This document shows, one piece after another, positions 28,062 through 36,847 of a DNA stretch of 64,000 bases (positions are counted from its first letter, which is position 1; the number at the start of each line of letters is the position of its first letter). The stretch is from positions 528 to 64,527 of the forward strand of contig JAKLEN010000004.1 in NCBI GenBank assembly GCA_022711665.1. The letters run 5' to 3'. Both the position numbers and the translations under genes were made by a program. The DNA is from Acidobacteriota bacterium (GTDB lineage Bacteria > Acidobacteriota > Aminicenantia > Aminicenantales > Saccharicenantaceae). Under the pieces are notes generated by a model. That model made no database searches. It saw nothing but the letters and a program-made list of their open reading frames with translations, and had not been told where the DNA came from.

Positions 28062-28479
28062 CCGGGACCCCGGTCTTCCGCTTCTGCACGCCGGCCGACG
28101 AAAGCCGGCAACTCCTCGAAGGCTTGATCCAGGGCTTGGCGCGGCCCTTCGATCTTCAGGACCGGACGAAAATCCAGCCGCGGGCCATATGATCCGTAGA
28201 AAAACGGGGGCGGTTCCCTAAAAGATGATCCTTGCCATTTACGGTTTCATGCGTTGATATAAAATAAGATCCCGGCTGTTCAGCAGGGGATAGTGGGGGA
28301 CGATATGCGCGCGCTGGTTCTAATCATGGCCAGCTTTATCACTTTCCTTAAATGCAGACCGTCAAATCCGGCGCGGGGAGACCGGCAGTAACAACTCATT
28401 GAGGAGTCCGGTTCGATCAGGAATCTATGAATTGAGATACGAAGAAATTGAAATAATTCAGAAGATCTTTCCTCGGTTC

Positions 28480-28923
28480 ATGCTTCTCGTTGTGGTTATG
28501 TTCGCATGCTGTTCGGTCGATAGAGATCTCCAGGCTCCCGGCTCCGGTCCCGGACAAGGCGCTGAACTGTCTCAAACATCCCAATGGATTTGCGATGACG
28601 AAGGCTTCAACCCGGGATCTCATACGCTTAATCCCATCGATAAGCCTTTTGTCGTCCGAAAGGTGCACGGAAGATTCTTCTGGAGTTATGGCTGGCCTGG
28701 TGGGCACGGCCCTCTGTTCGAGCTCCGCAGGATAGGGAAAGGAACCCGGATCCGTAGAGTTTATGCCGATGACGAGGGATATTTCGCCATGAAGGGTGTC
28801 CCTGAAGGCTGCTATTGTTACATGGTCACCTTTATCGGTTTCGTGGCAAGACGGGGTTTCATCATCGTGGACAAAAAGGCCGACCGGAAAAGCACGGTCT
28901 TCATTAAGATGCTCCGTGATTGA
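28480..28923 (+). CDS. Small secreted/membrane-anchored hypothetical protein on a low-GC islet
   Basis: ATG at 28480 (the ORF track starts at an upstream TTG, 28399). Hydrophobic N-terminus MLLVVVMFACCS. C-terminal beta-rich region resembling a carboxypeptidase-regulatory/transthyretin-like fold (…RVYADDEGYFAMKGVPEGCYCYMVTFIGF…). GC far below the flanks. Confidence 0.45.
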   Translation: MLLVVVMFACCSVDRDLQAPGSGPGQGAELSQTSQWICDDEGFNPGSHTLNPIDKPFVVRKVHGRFFWSYGWPGGHGPLFELRRIGKGTRIRRVYADDEGYFAMKGVPEGCYCYMVTFIGFVARRGFIIVDKKADRKSTVFIKMLRD

Positions 28924-29191
28924 AGGTGAATAGGTTAGGAATAAAGCGAGAACTTACGCAAGAAGGAGGAGATAAAGGATTCGAGCCCTCCGACCCGACG
29001 ACCATTATGGATATTCTGGCCAGCATGAAGATCGTCCCGCTCGCGGAATAACGACGTCCCTTCCTTGCCCGGGGTTTTCCCCTGATAACCCGGGTCATTT
29101 CCCCCCTGGAGGCGATTGACTTCACCGGGGGGGATGATATAGTATTGGCCCTCGAGGGAGTCATCCGCGCATACGTCCAAAGGAGGGGCTA

Positions 29192-30115
29192 ATGAGCCCG
29201 TTCTCGGAAACGAGCGTCGTTTGGAAGAATGGTAAACTCATCCCGTGGAAGGACGCGACGATCCATCTGGCCTCCCATGTCGTCCATTACGGCAGCTCGC
29301 TCTTCGAAGGACTGCGGGCCTACGAGACGCCGAAAGGGACGGCCATCTTCCGGCTGAAGGATCATACCCGCCGTCTCTATAACTCGTGTAAGATCTACAG
29401 GATGGAAGTCCCCTTCAGCCAAGACGAGTTCAACGCCGGGGTTGTGGACTGCGTCCGGGCCAACAAGCTCAAGGCCTGTTATATCCGGCCTATCGTCTAT
29501 CGGGGCTACAACGCCCTCGGCGTCAATCCGTTCCCCAATCCCGTCGACTGCGCCGTCATGGTTTGGGAATGGGGCAAGTATCTCGGTCCCGAGGCCCTGG
29601 AGAACGGCATCGACGTCTGCGTCTCGTCCTGGTGGCGCATGGCCCCGAACACCTTCCCGGCCATGGCCAAGGCCGGCGCCAATTACATGAACTCCCAGCT
29701 CATCAAGATGGAGGCCATGCTCGACGGCTACGAGGAAGGCATCGCCTTGAACATACGCGGCCACGTCAGCGAGGGGAGCGGCGAAAACCTCTTCCTCGTC
29801 GTCGACGGCTCGGTCCTGACGCCGCCCCTGTCCTCCTCGGTCCTGCCCGGCATCACCCGGGACACTATCATCACCCTGTTCCGGGAGATGGGCGTCAAGG
29901 TCGTCGAGGAGACCATCCCCCGTGAGATGCTCTATGTCGCCGACGAGGTCTTCTTGACCGGATCGGCGGCCGAGGTCACGCCCATCCGCTCGATCGACAA
30001 GATCACCATCGGTTCGGGCAAGCGCGGGCCCCTGACCGAGAAGGTCCAGAAGGCCTTCTTCGAGATCATCGACGGCCGGCGGCCGGACGCCCACGGCTGG
30101 CTGACCTTCGTCTGA
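29192..30115 (+). CDS. ilvE: Branched-chain amino acid aminotransferase
   Basis: Fold-type-IV aminotransferase. N-terminus …WKNGKLIPWKDATIHLASHVVHYGSSLFEGLRAY matches IlvE. RBS AAAGGAGGGG. Confidence 0.85.
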   Translation: MSPFSETSVVWKNGKLIPWKDATIHLASHVVHYGSSLFEGLRAYETPKGTAIFRLKDHTRRLYNSCKIYRMEVPFSQDEFNAGVVDCVRANKLKACYIRPIVYRGYNALGVNPFPNPVDCAVMVWEWGKYLGPEALENGIDVCVSSWWRMAPNTFPAMAKAGANYMNSQLIKMEAMLDGYEEGIALNIRGHVSEGSGENLFLVVDGSVLTPPLSSSVLPGITRDTIITLFREMGVKVVEETIPREMLYVADEVFLTGSAAEVTPIRSIDKITIGSGKRGPLTEKVQKAFFEIIDGRRPDAHGWLTFV

Positions 30116-30137
30116 CGCGGCACCCGAGGAGGAACGC

Positions 30138-31295
30138 ATGGTCATCGACGAATTCCTGAAGATCGCGATCGAACGGGACGCTTCCGACCTGCATTTCAAG
30201 GCCGGCAACAATCCCATGATCCGCGTCCACGGCACGCTCACGCCGCTCACCGGCTATCCCCGGCTGGCGGCCGCCGACTGCGAGGAGCTGGCCAACCAGA
30301 TGATGACCGAGGCCCAGCGCAAGCGGCTGACCGATGACCTGGACATCGACCTGGCCTACAGCCTGCCCGGCTTCGGCCGCTTCCGCGGCTCGATCTACCA
30401 TCAGCGCGGCTCGCTGGCCATCGCCCTGCGTATCATCCCCCTCGAGGTCAAGACCATCCGGCAGCTGCTGCTGCCCGAGGTCCTGGAGAAGATCGCCTTC
30501 TACCAGCGCGGCCTCGTCCTGGTCACGGGCACGACGGGCAGCGGCAAGACGACCAGCCTGGCGGCCATGGTCGACTACATCAACACTTTCCGCCGGGAGA
30601 ACATCATCACCATCGAGGACCCCATCGAGTACCTCCACAAGGACAAGAAGAGCACCATCAGCCAGCGCGAGGTCGGCATGGACGTCACCAGCTTCGCCCG
30701 CGGCCTGCGCGGCTGCCTGCGCGAGGACCCGGACGTTATCCTGGTCGGCGAGATGCGCGACCTGGACACGATCGACACAGCCCTGCTGGCCGCCGAGACG
30801 GGCCATCTCGTCCTGAGCACGCTGCACACCCTCGACGCCCCCGAGAGCATCAACCGCATCATCTCGGTCTTCCCCCCTCACCACCAGCGCCAGGTCCGCC
30901 TGCAGCTGGCCTCGATCCTCAAGGCCATCATCTCCATGCGCCTCATCCCGCGCATGGACGGCCAGGGCCGGGTCCCGGCCGTCGAGGTCATGGTCTCGAC
31001 GCCCTACATCCAGGAATGCATCGGCGAGAAGGACAAGACGGTGCTCATCCGCGACGCCATCACCGCCGGAGTCTCCCAGTACGGCATGCAGACCTTCGAC
31101 CAGTCGATCTACCAGCTCTACCGCGACGGGTACATCTCGTTCGAACAGGGCCTGAAATATTCCTCCAACCCCGACAACTTCAAGCTCCGCATCATGGGCA
31201 TCCAGTCGACCCTCGACATGGCCGTCGAGGAGATGGAAAAGGGCATGGGCAAAGTCGAAAGGGCCGAGGGGGGACCGGAAGAAGAGTCCAAATGA
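30138..31295 (+). CDS. pilT: Type IV pilus retraction ATPase PilT/PilU family
   Basis: Walker A GTTGSGKTT. PilT motifs (DPIEY, ILVGEMRD, AAETGHLVLSTLHT). C-terminal ~40-aa acidic extension. Confidence 0.8.
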   Translation: MVIDEFLKIAIERDASDLHFKAGNNPMIRVHGTLTPLTGYPRLAAADCEELANQMMTEAQRKRLTDDLDIDLAYSLPGFGRFRGSIYHQRGSLAIALRIIPLEVKTIRQLLLPEVLEKIAFYQRGLVLVTGTTGSGKTTSLAAMVDYINTFRRENIITIEDPIEYLHKDKKSTISQREVGMDVTSFARGLRGCLREDPDVILVGEMRDLDTIDTALLAAETGHLVLSTLHTLDAPESINRIISVFPPHHQRQVRLQLASILKAIISMRLIPRMDGQGRVPAVEVMVSTPYIQECIGEKDKTVLIRDAITAGVSQYGMQTFDQSIYQLYRDGYISFEQGLKYSSNPDNFKLRIMGIQSTLDMAVEEMEKGMGKVERAEGGPEEESK

Positions 31296-33928
31296 CGGCC
31301 CAGGGCGTCCGCGAAACCTTCCTCCGGTTCTTTGCCGACCGGGGCCACAAGATCGTCCGCAGCTCTCCGCTCCTGCCCAAGGACGATCCGACCATCCTGT
31401 TCACCAACGCCGGGATGAACCAGTTCAAGAGCGTCTTCCTGGGGCTCGAGAAGCGCGGCTACTCCCGGGCGGCCACGGTCCAGAAGTGCATGCGCGTCAG
31501 CGGCAAGCACAACGATCTCGAGACCGTCGGCCGGACGGCCAAGCACCACACCTTCTTCGAGATGCTCGGCAACTTCTCCTTCGGCGACTATTTCAAGCGC
31601 GAGGCCATCGCCTACGCCTGGGAGCTCATCACCCGGGTCTTCGGCCTGCCGCTTGACCGGCTCTACGCCACCGTCTATCTCGACGACGACGAGGCCTACC
31701 GCCTCTGGGCCGAGGAGATCGGCGTGCCCAAGGAGCGGATCTTCCGCTTCGGCAAGAAGGACAATTTTTGGGCCATGGGCGACAGCGGGCCGTGCGGCCC
31801 CTGCTCCGAGCTCCATTACGATCTCGGCGCCGAGATCGAGCCGGGCGACCCGTTCCGGCTGATCGAATCCGGCAGCGACCGCTTCGTCGAGCTCTGGAAC
31901 CTCGTCTTCATGGAGTTCGACCAGGGCGACGACGGCGTCCTCCGGCGGTTGCCCTCGCCCTCGATCGACACCGGCATGGGGCTCGAGCGCATCACCGCGG
32001 TCATCCAGGGCAAGCGCAGCAATTTCGACACCGACCTGTTCATGCCGCTCATCGAGAGCGCCTGCGCCATGGCCCGCCGCGAATACCCCGCGGGGGACGA
32101 GGGCGACGTGGCCGTGCGCATCATCGCCGACCACATCAGGGCGGTGACCTTCCTCATCGGCGACGGCGTCTCGCCGGCCAACGACGGCCGCGGCTACGTC
32201 CTGCGCCGGCTCATCCGCCGGGCCTGCCGGCAGGGCAGCCTCATCGGACTCGACAAGCCCTTCCTGTTCGAGCTCGTCGGCCGGGTGGCGGACGTCATGA
32301 AGGAGGCCTATCCCGAGCTCCTGGCGTCGGCCGAATACATCGCCAAGGTCTGCCTGGCCGAGGAGGAGCGCTTCGCCTTCACCCTCTCGTCCGGCCTGCG
32401 CTTTTTCGACCAGGCCGTCCAGGAGACCCGGGCCGCCGGCGGCTCGGTCCTGCCGGGGAACGAGGTCTTCAAGCTCTACGATACCTTCGGCTTCCCCCTC
32501 GACCTGTCCCAGGAGCTGGCCCGGGAGAAGGCCATGACCGTGGACGAGGCCGGATTCCTGCGCGAGCTCGAGGAGCAGAAGAACCGGGCCCGACTGTCCT
32601 GGAAAGGGGAGGCCAAGCGTCGCGAGAAGCAGGTCTACGAGGAGTTCAAAGGCCTCAAGGTCCGCTACCGCGTCCACGAGGCGGGGGAGATGGCCGACGT
32701 CCAGGTCCTGGGCCTGCTCAAGGATGGCCGCCGGGCCGACGTCCTGGGGCCCGGCGACAGCGGCGAGGTCATCCTCGCGGAAACGCCCTTCTACGCCGAG
32801 GCCGGCGGCCAGGTCGGCGACACCGGCTCGCTCGCCGGCCCGGGCTTTTCGGCCGTCGTCGAGAACGTCTCCTTCGCCGCCCCCGAGATCATCGTCCACG
32901 CCGTCAAGGTCCTGACGGGCGAGCTGCGCCAGGGCGACCGCGTCGACGCGGCGCCCGATCTCGTCCGCCGCCAGTCCGTCTCGAACAACCACACGGCCAC
33001 GCACCTCCTCCACGCGGCCCTGCGGCAGGTCCTCGGCGACCACGTCAAGCAGGCCGGCTCGCTCGTCTCGGCCGAGCGGCTGCGCTTCGACTTCACCCAC
33101 TTCGCCGCGCTGTCGCCCGAGGAGATCCGCCGGGTCGAGGAGATCGTCAACGCCGCGATCCGGGCCGACATCCCCGTCGCGACCCGGGTCACCTCGCTCG
33201 ACGAGGGCATCCGCGAAGGGGCCATGGCCATCTTCGAGGAGAAGTACGGCGAGTCCGTGCGCGTCGTCGGCATCGGCGACGTCAGCAAGGAGCTCTGCGG
33301 CGGCGTCCATGTCCGGGCCACGGGCCAGATCGGGCTGTTCAAGATCGTCTCCGAAACGAGCGCCGCGGCGGGCCTGCGGCGCGTCGAAGCTGTCACCGGC
33401 GAGGGCGCCATCCGCTACGTCCGCGAGCTCGAGGACGCCCTCGAGGGCCTGGAGAAGGGCCTGGGCGTCGGGCGCAGGGACCTGCCGGCCCGGATCGAGA
33501 AGCTCCGGGCCCGCGTCGAGGAGCTGGAGAAGGAAACCCGGGATCTCCGGAGGGAGAAGCTGAGCGGGGCCCAGGCCGCGGCCACGGTCATCAAGGAAGT
33601 CAAAGGCATCAAGATCGAGGTCCGGCGCCTCGACGGGCTGACGATGGCCGAGCTGAGGGAAAAAGCGGACGATCTCAAGAGCAAGCTGAAGAGCGGCCTG
33701 ATCGTGATCGGCTCGGCGACGGAAGGGAAGGCCTTCCTCGTCGTCAGCGTGACCAAAGACCTGGCCGGCCGCGTCCAGGCCGGCGCCCTGATCAAGGAGC
33801 TGGCCCCGGTCATCGGAGGCGGGGGAGGGGGGCGTCCCGATTTCGCCCAGTCCGGCGGCCCCGGCGCCGGGGAGCTGGACAAGGCCCTGAGCCTCGTCCC
33901 TGACCTGGTCGAACGCCTGGCCGGCTGA
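31292..33928 (+). CDS. alaS: Alanine--tRNA ligase
   Basis: ATG at 31292 overlaps the pilT stop. Class II AlaRS motifs (FTNAGMNQFK, …HTFFEMLGNFSFGDYFK…). Editing-domain HxxxH / C-Ala region. 878 aa. Confidence 0.9.
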   Translation: MTAQGVRETFLRFFADRGHKIVRSSPLLPKDDPTILFTNAGMNQFKSVFLGLEKRGYSRAATVQKCMRVSGKHNDLETVGRTAKHHTFFEMLGNFSFGDYFKREAIAYAWELITRVFGLPLDRLYATVYLDDDEAYRLWAEEIGVPKERIFRFGKKDNFWAMGDSGPCGPCSELHYDLGAEIEPGDPFRLIESGSDRFVELWNLVFMEFDQGDDGVLRRLPSPSIDTGMGLERITAVIQGKRSNFDTDLFMPLIESACAMARREYPAGDEGDVAVRIIADHIRAVTFLIGDGVSPANDGRGYVLRRLIRRACRQGSLIGLDKPFLFELVGRVADVMKEAYPELLASAEYIAKVCLAEEERFAFTLSSGLRFFDQAVQETRAAGGSVLPGNEVFKLYDTFGFPLDLSQELAREKAMTVDEAGFLRELEEQKNRARLSWKGEAKRREKQVYEEFKGLKVRYRVHEAGEMADVQVLGLLKDGRRADVLGPGDSGEVILAETPFYAEAGGQVGDTGSLAGPGFSAVVENVSFAAPEIIVHAVKVLTGELRQGDRVDAAPDLVRRQSVSNNHTATHLLHAALRQVLGDHVKQAGSLVSAERLRFDFTHFAALSPEEIRRVEEIVNAAIRADIPVATRVTSLDEGIREGAMAIFEEKYGESVRVVGIGDVSKELCGGVHVRATGQIGLFKIVSETSAAAGLRRVEAVTGEGAIRYVRELEDALEGLEKGLGVGRRDLPARIEKLRARVEELEKETRDLRREKLSGAQAAATVIKEVKGIKIEVRRLDGLTMAELREKADDLKSKLKSGLIVIGSATEGKAFLVVSVTKDLAGRVQAGALIKELAPVIGGGGGGRPDFAQSGGPGAGELDKALSLVPDLVERLAG

Positions 33929-33996
33929 CCCCCCGATTCACCCTTACCGGGGATTGCCGGCCGGGCCGGTTGGCGCGAAGATCGGACCTGAGGGCG

Positions 33997-34560
33997 ATGA
34001 ACGGCATAAAACGAACGTTTGCGGCGGCGGTACTCCTGGCCCTGGCCTCGAGCCTGGCCGCGGCCACGGCCGCCGACCTGCGCAAGCTCTACGATCCCAT
34101 CGTCAAGCGCGTGGCCGGCAAACACCGCATTGACGCCGACCTCGTTCACACGGTCATCAGGGCCGAATCAAACTACGACGCTTTCGCCATCTCCTCGGCC
34201 GGCGCGATGGGCTTGATGCAGCTCATGCCGGATACGGCCCTGCAGTACGGCGTCGGCAACGTCTTCGATCCGGCCCAGAACATCGAGGGCGGGGTGCGCT
34301 ATCTCAAGGACCTCGTCCGGCTCTATGCCGGCAAGCCCGATCAGACCCGCCTCGTTCTGGCCGCCTACAACGCCGGCCAGGCGGCCGTCCAGAAATACAA
34401 GGGCATCCCGCCCTATCCCGAGACGCGGTCCTACATCGCCGGCATCATGAAGACCTACAAGAAGCCCACCGTGACGTCCAAGAACCCGACCTATATGGTT
34501 AAGGACGAGAACGGCCGGACTGTCCTGGTCAACGATCCTAACGCCGTCAGGAAAAAATAG
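33997..34560 (+). CDS. Secreted lytic transglycosylase (SLT domain)
   Basis: Signal peptide. SLT catalytic motif ESNYDAFAISSAGAMGLMQLMPDTA and AYNAG. Start taken at the ATG encoding MNGIK. Confidence 0.75.
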   Translation: MNGIKRTFAAAVLLALASSLAAATAADLRKLYDPIVKRVAGKHRIDADLVHTVIRAESNYDAFAISSAGAMGLMQLMPDTALQYGVGNVFDPAQNIEGGVRYLKDLVRLYAGKPDQTRLVLAAYNAGQAAVQKYKGIPPYPETRSYIAGIMKTYKKPTVTSKNPTYMVKDENGRTVLVNDPNAVRKK

Positions 34561-34650
34561 GTCCTTCTCCCATCTCCGGGATTCCCTCCGGCGGCCCTGA
34601 GCCAAGCTGAAGAGAGGGATTCTCCCGGAATCGGGAGAAGAGCCAATAAA
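34561..34650. repeat. Second, short copy (inverted orientation, internal ~170 bp absent) of the MITE-like repeat found at 6753-7018
   Basis: Reverse complement reads …CTCTTCTCCCGATTCCGGGAGAATCCCTCTCTTCAGCTTGGCTCAGGGCC…GGAGGGAATCCCGGAGATGGGAGAAGGAC…, near-identical to both ends of the long copy. Lies between two convergent genes. Confidence 0.45.
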
Positions 34651-34664
34651 CAGGGCCTTCCCGG

Positions 34665-35609
34665 TCAGGGGGCGGGCTGCAGGTAGCCCTTGACCAGGAG
34701 GTCGCGGGGGATGATCTCGAAGGTCGCCGGCAGGCGGCCGAGCTGGTCGCCGTCGAGCTCGAGCAGAACGTCTTCCCCTTCCTCCGCCCAGGCCTCGACT
34801 TTGCGGCCGCGCACGACCGTGACCTTGGGGTGGGTAACATGGGAGCCGTTCATGAGCTTCCAGCCGTGGCGGCAGAATTCGAGGAAGCGGAAGCCCCGGA
34901 TGAGGACGCTGTCGAAGAGGCCGTCGTCCAGGCGGGCGTCCGGCGCCACCTTCATGCCCTTGCCGAAGATGCGGCCGTTGGCCACGGCCCCGATGAGATA
35001 CTCGCCGTCGGGGAGCGGCCGGCCGTCGACGCGGATGTGGACCCTCTTGTTCCGGTAGCGGATCATGGTCGTGACCAGGCAGCGGACGTAGGAGGAGGCC
35101 TTGCGCTGGAGCCGCCGCTGGGTGACCTCGCGGACGACCTCGCCGCCCAGGCCGAAGTCGGCGATGTTGAGGAAGAAGCGCTCCTCGTCCCGGCCGTCGT
35201 TCGCCCGGTAGCGGACCCGGCCGACGTCCAGGCGCACGGACGGGCCGTCGGACAGGACTTGGAGGGCGGCCTTGAGCCCGGGCGGGATATTGAGGCTGCG
35301 CATCAGGTCGCAGCCGGTGCCGGACGGCACGAGCCCCAGGGTGGCTTCGGGATTGATGATCTTGCGGTCCTCGTAGAACCCGTTGGCGATCTCGTTCATC
35401 GTCCCGTCGCCGCCGACCCCGACGACCAGGTCCGTGCCCTCTTTGATGGCCGCCCGGGCGATCTCGGTGGCGTGCTGGGGCTTCTCGGTGAACTCGAACT
35501 TGAACTCGCGCAGGAAGCTCTTCAAGCCGTCCCGGATCTCGCCCCAGCGTTTGCGGGTCCGGCCGCGGTTCGAGGCCGGGTTGACGATGACCTTGGTCTT
35601 ATGCCGCAT
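34665..35609 (-). CDS. Diacylglycerol/lipid kinase family protein (YegS/DagK-like)
   Basis: DAGK catalytic-domain motifs (VVGVGGDGTMNE…GTGCD). Confidence 0.75.
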   Translation of the reverse strand: MRHKTKVIVNPASNRGRTRKRWGEIRDGLKSFLREFKFEFTEKPQHATEIARAAIKEGTDLVVGVGGDGTMNEIANGFYEDRKIINPEATLGLVPSGTGCDLMRSLNIPPGLKAALQVLSDGPSVRLDVGRVRYRANDGRDEERFFLNIADFGLGGEVVREVTQRRLQRKASSYVRCLVTTMIRYRNKRVHIRVDGRPLPDGEYLIGAVANGRIFGKGMKVAPDARLDDGLFDSVLIRGFRFLEFCRHGWKLMNGSHVTHPKVTVVRGRKVEAWAEEGEDVLLELDGDQLGRLPATFEIIPRDLLVKGYLQPAP

Positions 35610-36141
35610 CGGTCGGTCCCGGGGGCGTCGTTGGCGGGGGGACGGCCGGCGGCTGTGGGGCCGCCGGCGGCACGGGCTTCCTGGCTGCCAGGGAGACGCC
35701 GATAACGCCGCCGAGGGCGCCGGCCAGGGCGAAGACGGCGGCCGAGATGAAGAGGCTCAACAGGAACCAGCCGGGCGAGAGCGCCCCTGCGCCGGCGTTG
35801 AAGACCTCGTCGAGGCCGGCCGGCAGCTCGCCGCCCATCTCGACTGCCTTGTCCAGGATGCGCCGGGCCAGATCCATGTTGAAGGACCGCAGCGGGATGG
35901 AGATCAACGCGTCGGCCACGGCGGCGGCGATGCCGGTCAGGGCGCCGACGACGGCGCCGTCGCTCGAGGCCAGCGGGCCCGGCGCCTGGGCCGCCAGGAG
36001 CCTGACGGCGATGATCGCGCCGCCGACGATCCAGAGGCAGCAGAGGCAGTTGCCGGCGCTTAGGATGGGCAGGCCCGAGAGGACGCCGGCGATGGCCCCG
36101 ACGGTCAGGGCGGGCCGGAAGTAATCCAACTTCTGCTGCAT
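35599..36141 (-). CDS. Hypothetical integral membrane protein with Pro-rich C-terminus
   Basis: ATG at 36141 with RBS AGGAAGGAGA. About 4 TM helices (…LTVGAIAGVLSGLPILSAGNCLCCLWIVGGAIIAV…). Overlaps the lipid-kinase start by 11 nt. Confidence 0.4.
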   Translation of the reverse strand: MQQKLDYFRPALTVGAIAGVLSGLPILSAGNCLCCLWIVGGAIIAVRLLAAQAPGPLASSDGAVVGALTGIAAAVADALISIPLRSFNMDLARRILDKAVEMGGELPAGLDEVFNAGAGALSPGWFLLSLFISAAVFALAGALGGVIGVSLAARKPVPPAAPQPPAVPPPTTPPGPTDAA

Positions 36142-36172
36142 CGTGTCTCCTTCCTGCGCGTCGAGGGGTATT

Positions 36173-36700
36173 CTATTTTTTCGGGCCGGGTTTTTCAAGT
36201 GTCCTGGCTGCGGCCCGCTCCCGCCGGGCTCGGACGAGGTCGGCCAGGCCGGCCAGGGCATACCAGGGCAGGAGGCCCCCCCAGGCGAAGCCCGTGGCGA
36301 AGCGCAGGCCGATCGGGCTGCGCCACAGGCGCAGCAGGCCGCCCAGGCCGTCCACGGCCAGGGGCAGGGTCAGGAGCAGGAACAGGCGGGCCGGCGGCAG
36401 GACGGGCGGCCGGCGGAAGCCCCGGGCCAGCGCATAGAGGATCAGCCCGGCGGCGAACCCGGCGTAGATCCCCAGGCAGCGGCCGCAGACAGCCAGGGGC
36501 TGGCCGAGAAGGCGAAAGGAACGGGCGGGGATCTGGTGGCAGACCGGCGCATAGACGGCATAGACGAGACGGGCTGCTCCGCCGGCGCCGCGGCCGGCCA
36601 GAAGGGGGGCCAGGAAGACGCCGGCCAGCCAGATGGCCGCGCCGCACGCGGCCAGGAGCCATATCCGGCGCACGGCGCCGGGATCCGGCGGGACGGTCAT
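36173..36700 (-). CDS. DUF2085-family membrane protein (Cys-motif CHQxPxRSF … CxRCxGIY)
   Basis: Motifs PVCHQIPARSF and VCGRCLGIYAGF. Multiple TM helices. Start ambiguous (ATG at 36700 or GTG at 36736). Confidence 0.5.
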   Translation of the reverse strand: MTVPPDPGAVRRIWLLAACGAAIWLAGVFLAPLLAGRGAGGAARLVYAVYAPVCHQIPARSFRLLGQPLAVCGRCLGIYAGFAAGLILYALARGFRRPPVLPPARLFLLLTLPLAVDGLGGLLRLWRSPIGLRFATGFAWGGLLPWYALAGLADLVRARRERAAARTLEKPGPKK

Positions 36701-36847
36701 GGGGCCTATTCTAATCCGAACGCCGGGCCCTGTCACCGGTCGGGGAATTCATTGACAGAGAAGGACCTCCCAAGTAAATTAGACGTGGCGGCTCCCGGAA
36801 CGCGTATCTCCCGGGGAGCCTGCCCATTCGCCGTAGAGGAGGACGTA

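Noticed and set aside
31118-33903. 730-aa minus ORF and 711-aa + ORF overlapping alaS
   Set aside because: Alternate frames of alaS with highly repetitive Arg/Gly/Pro content.
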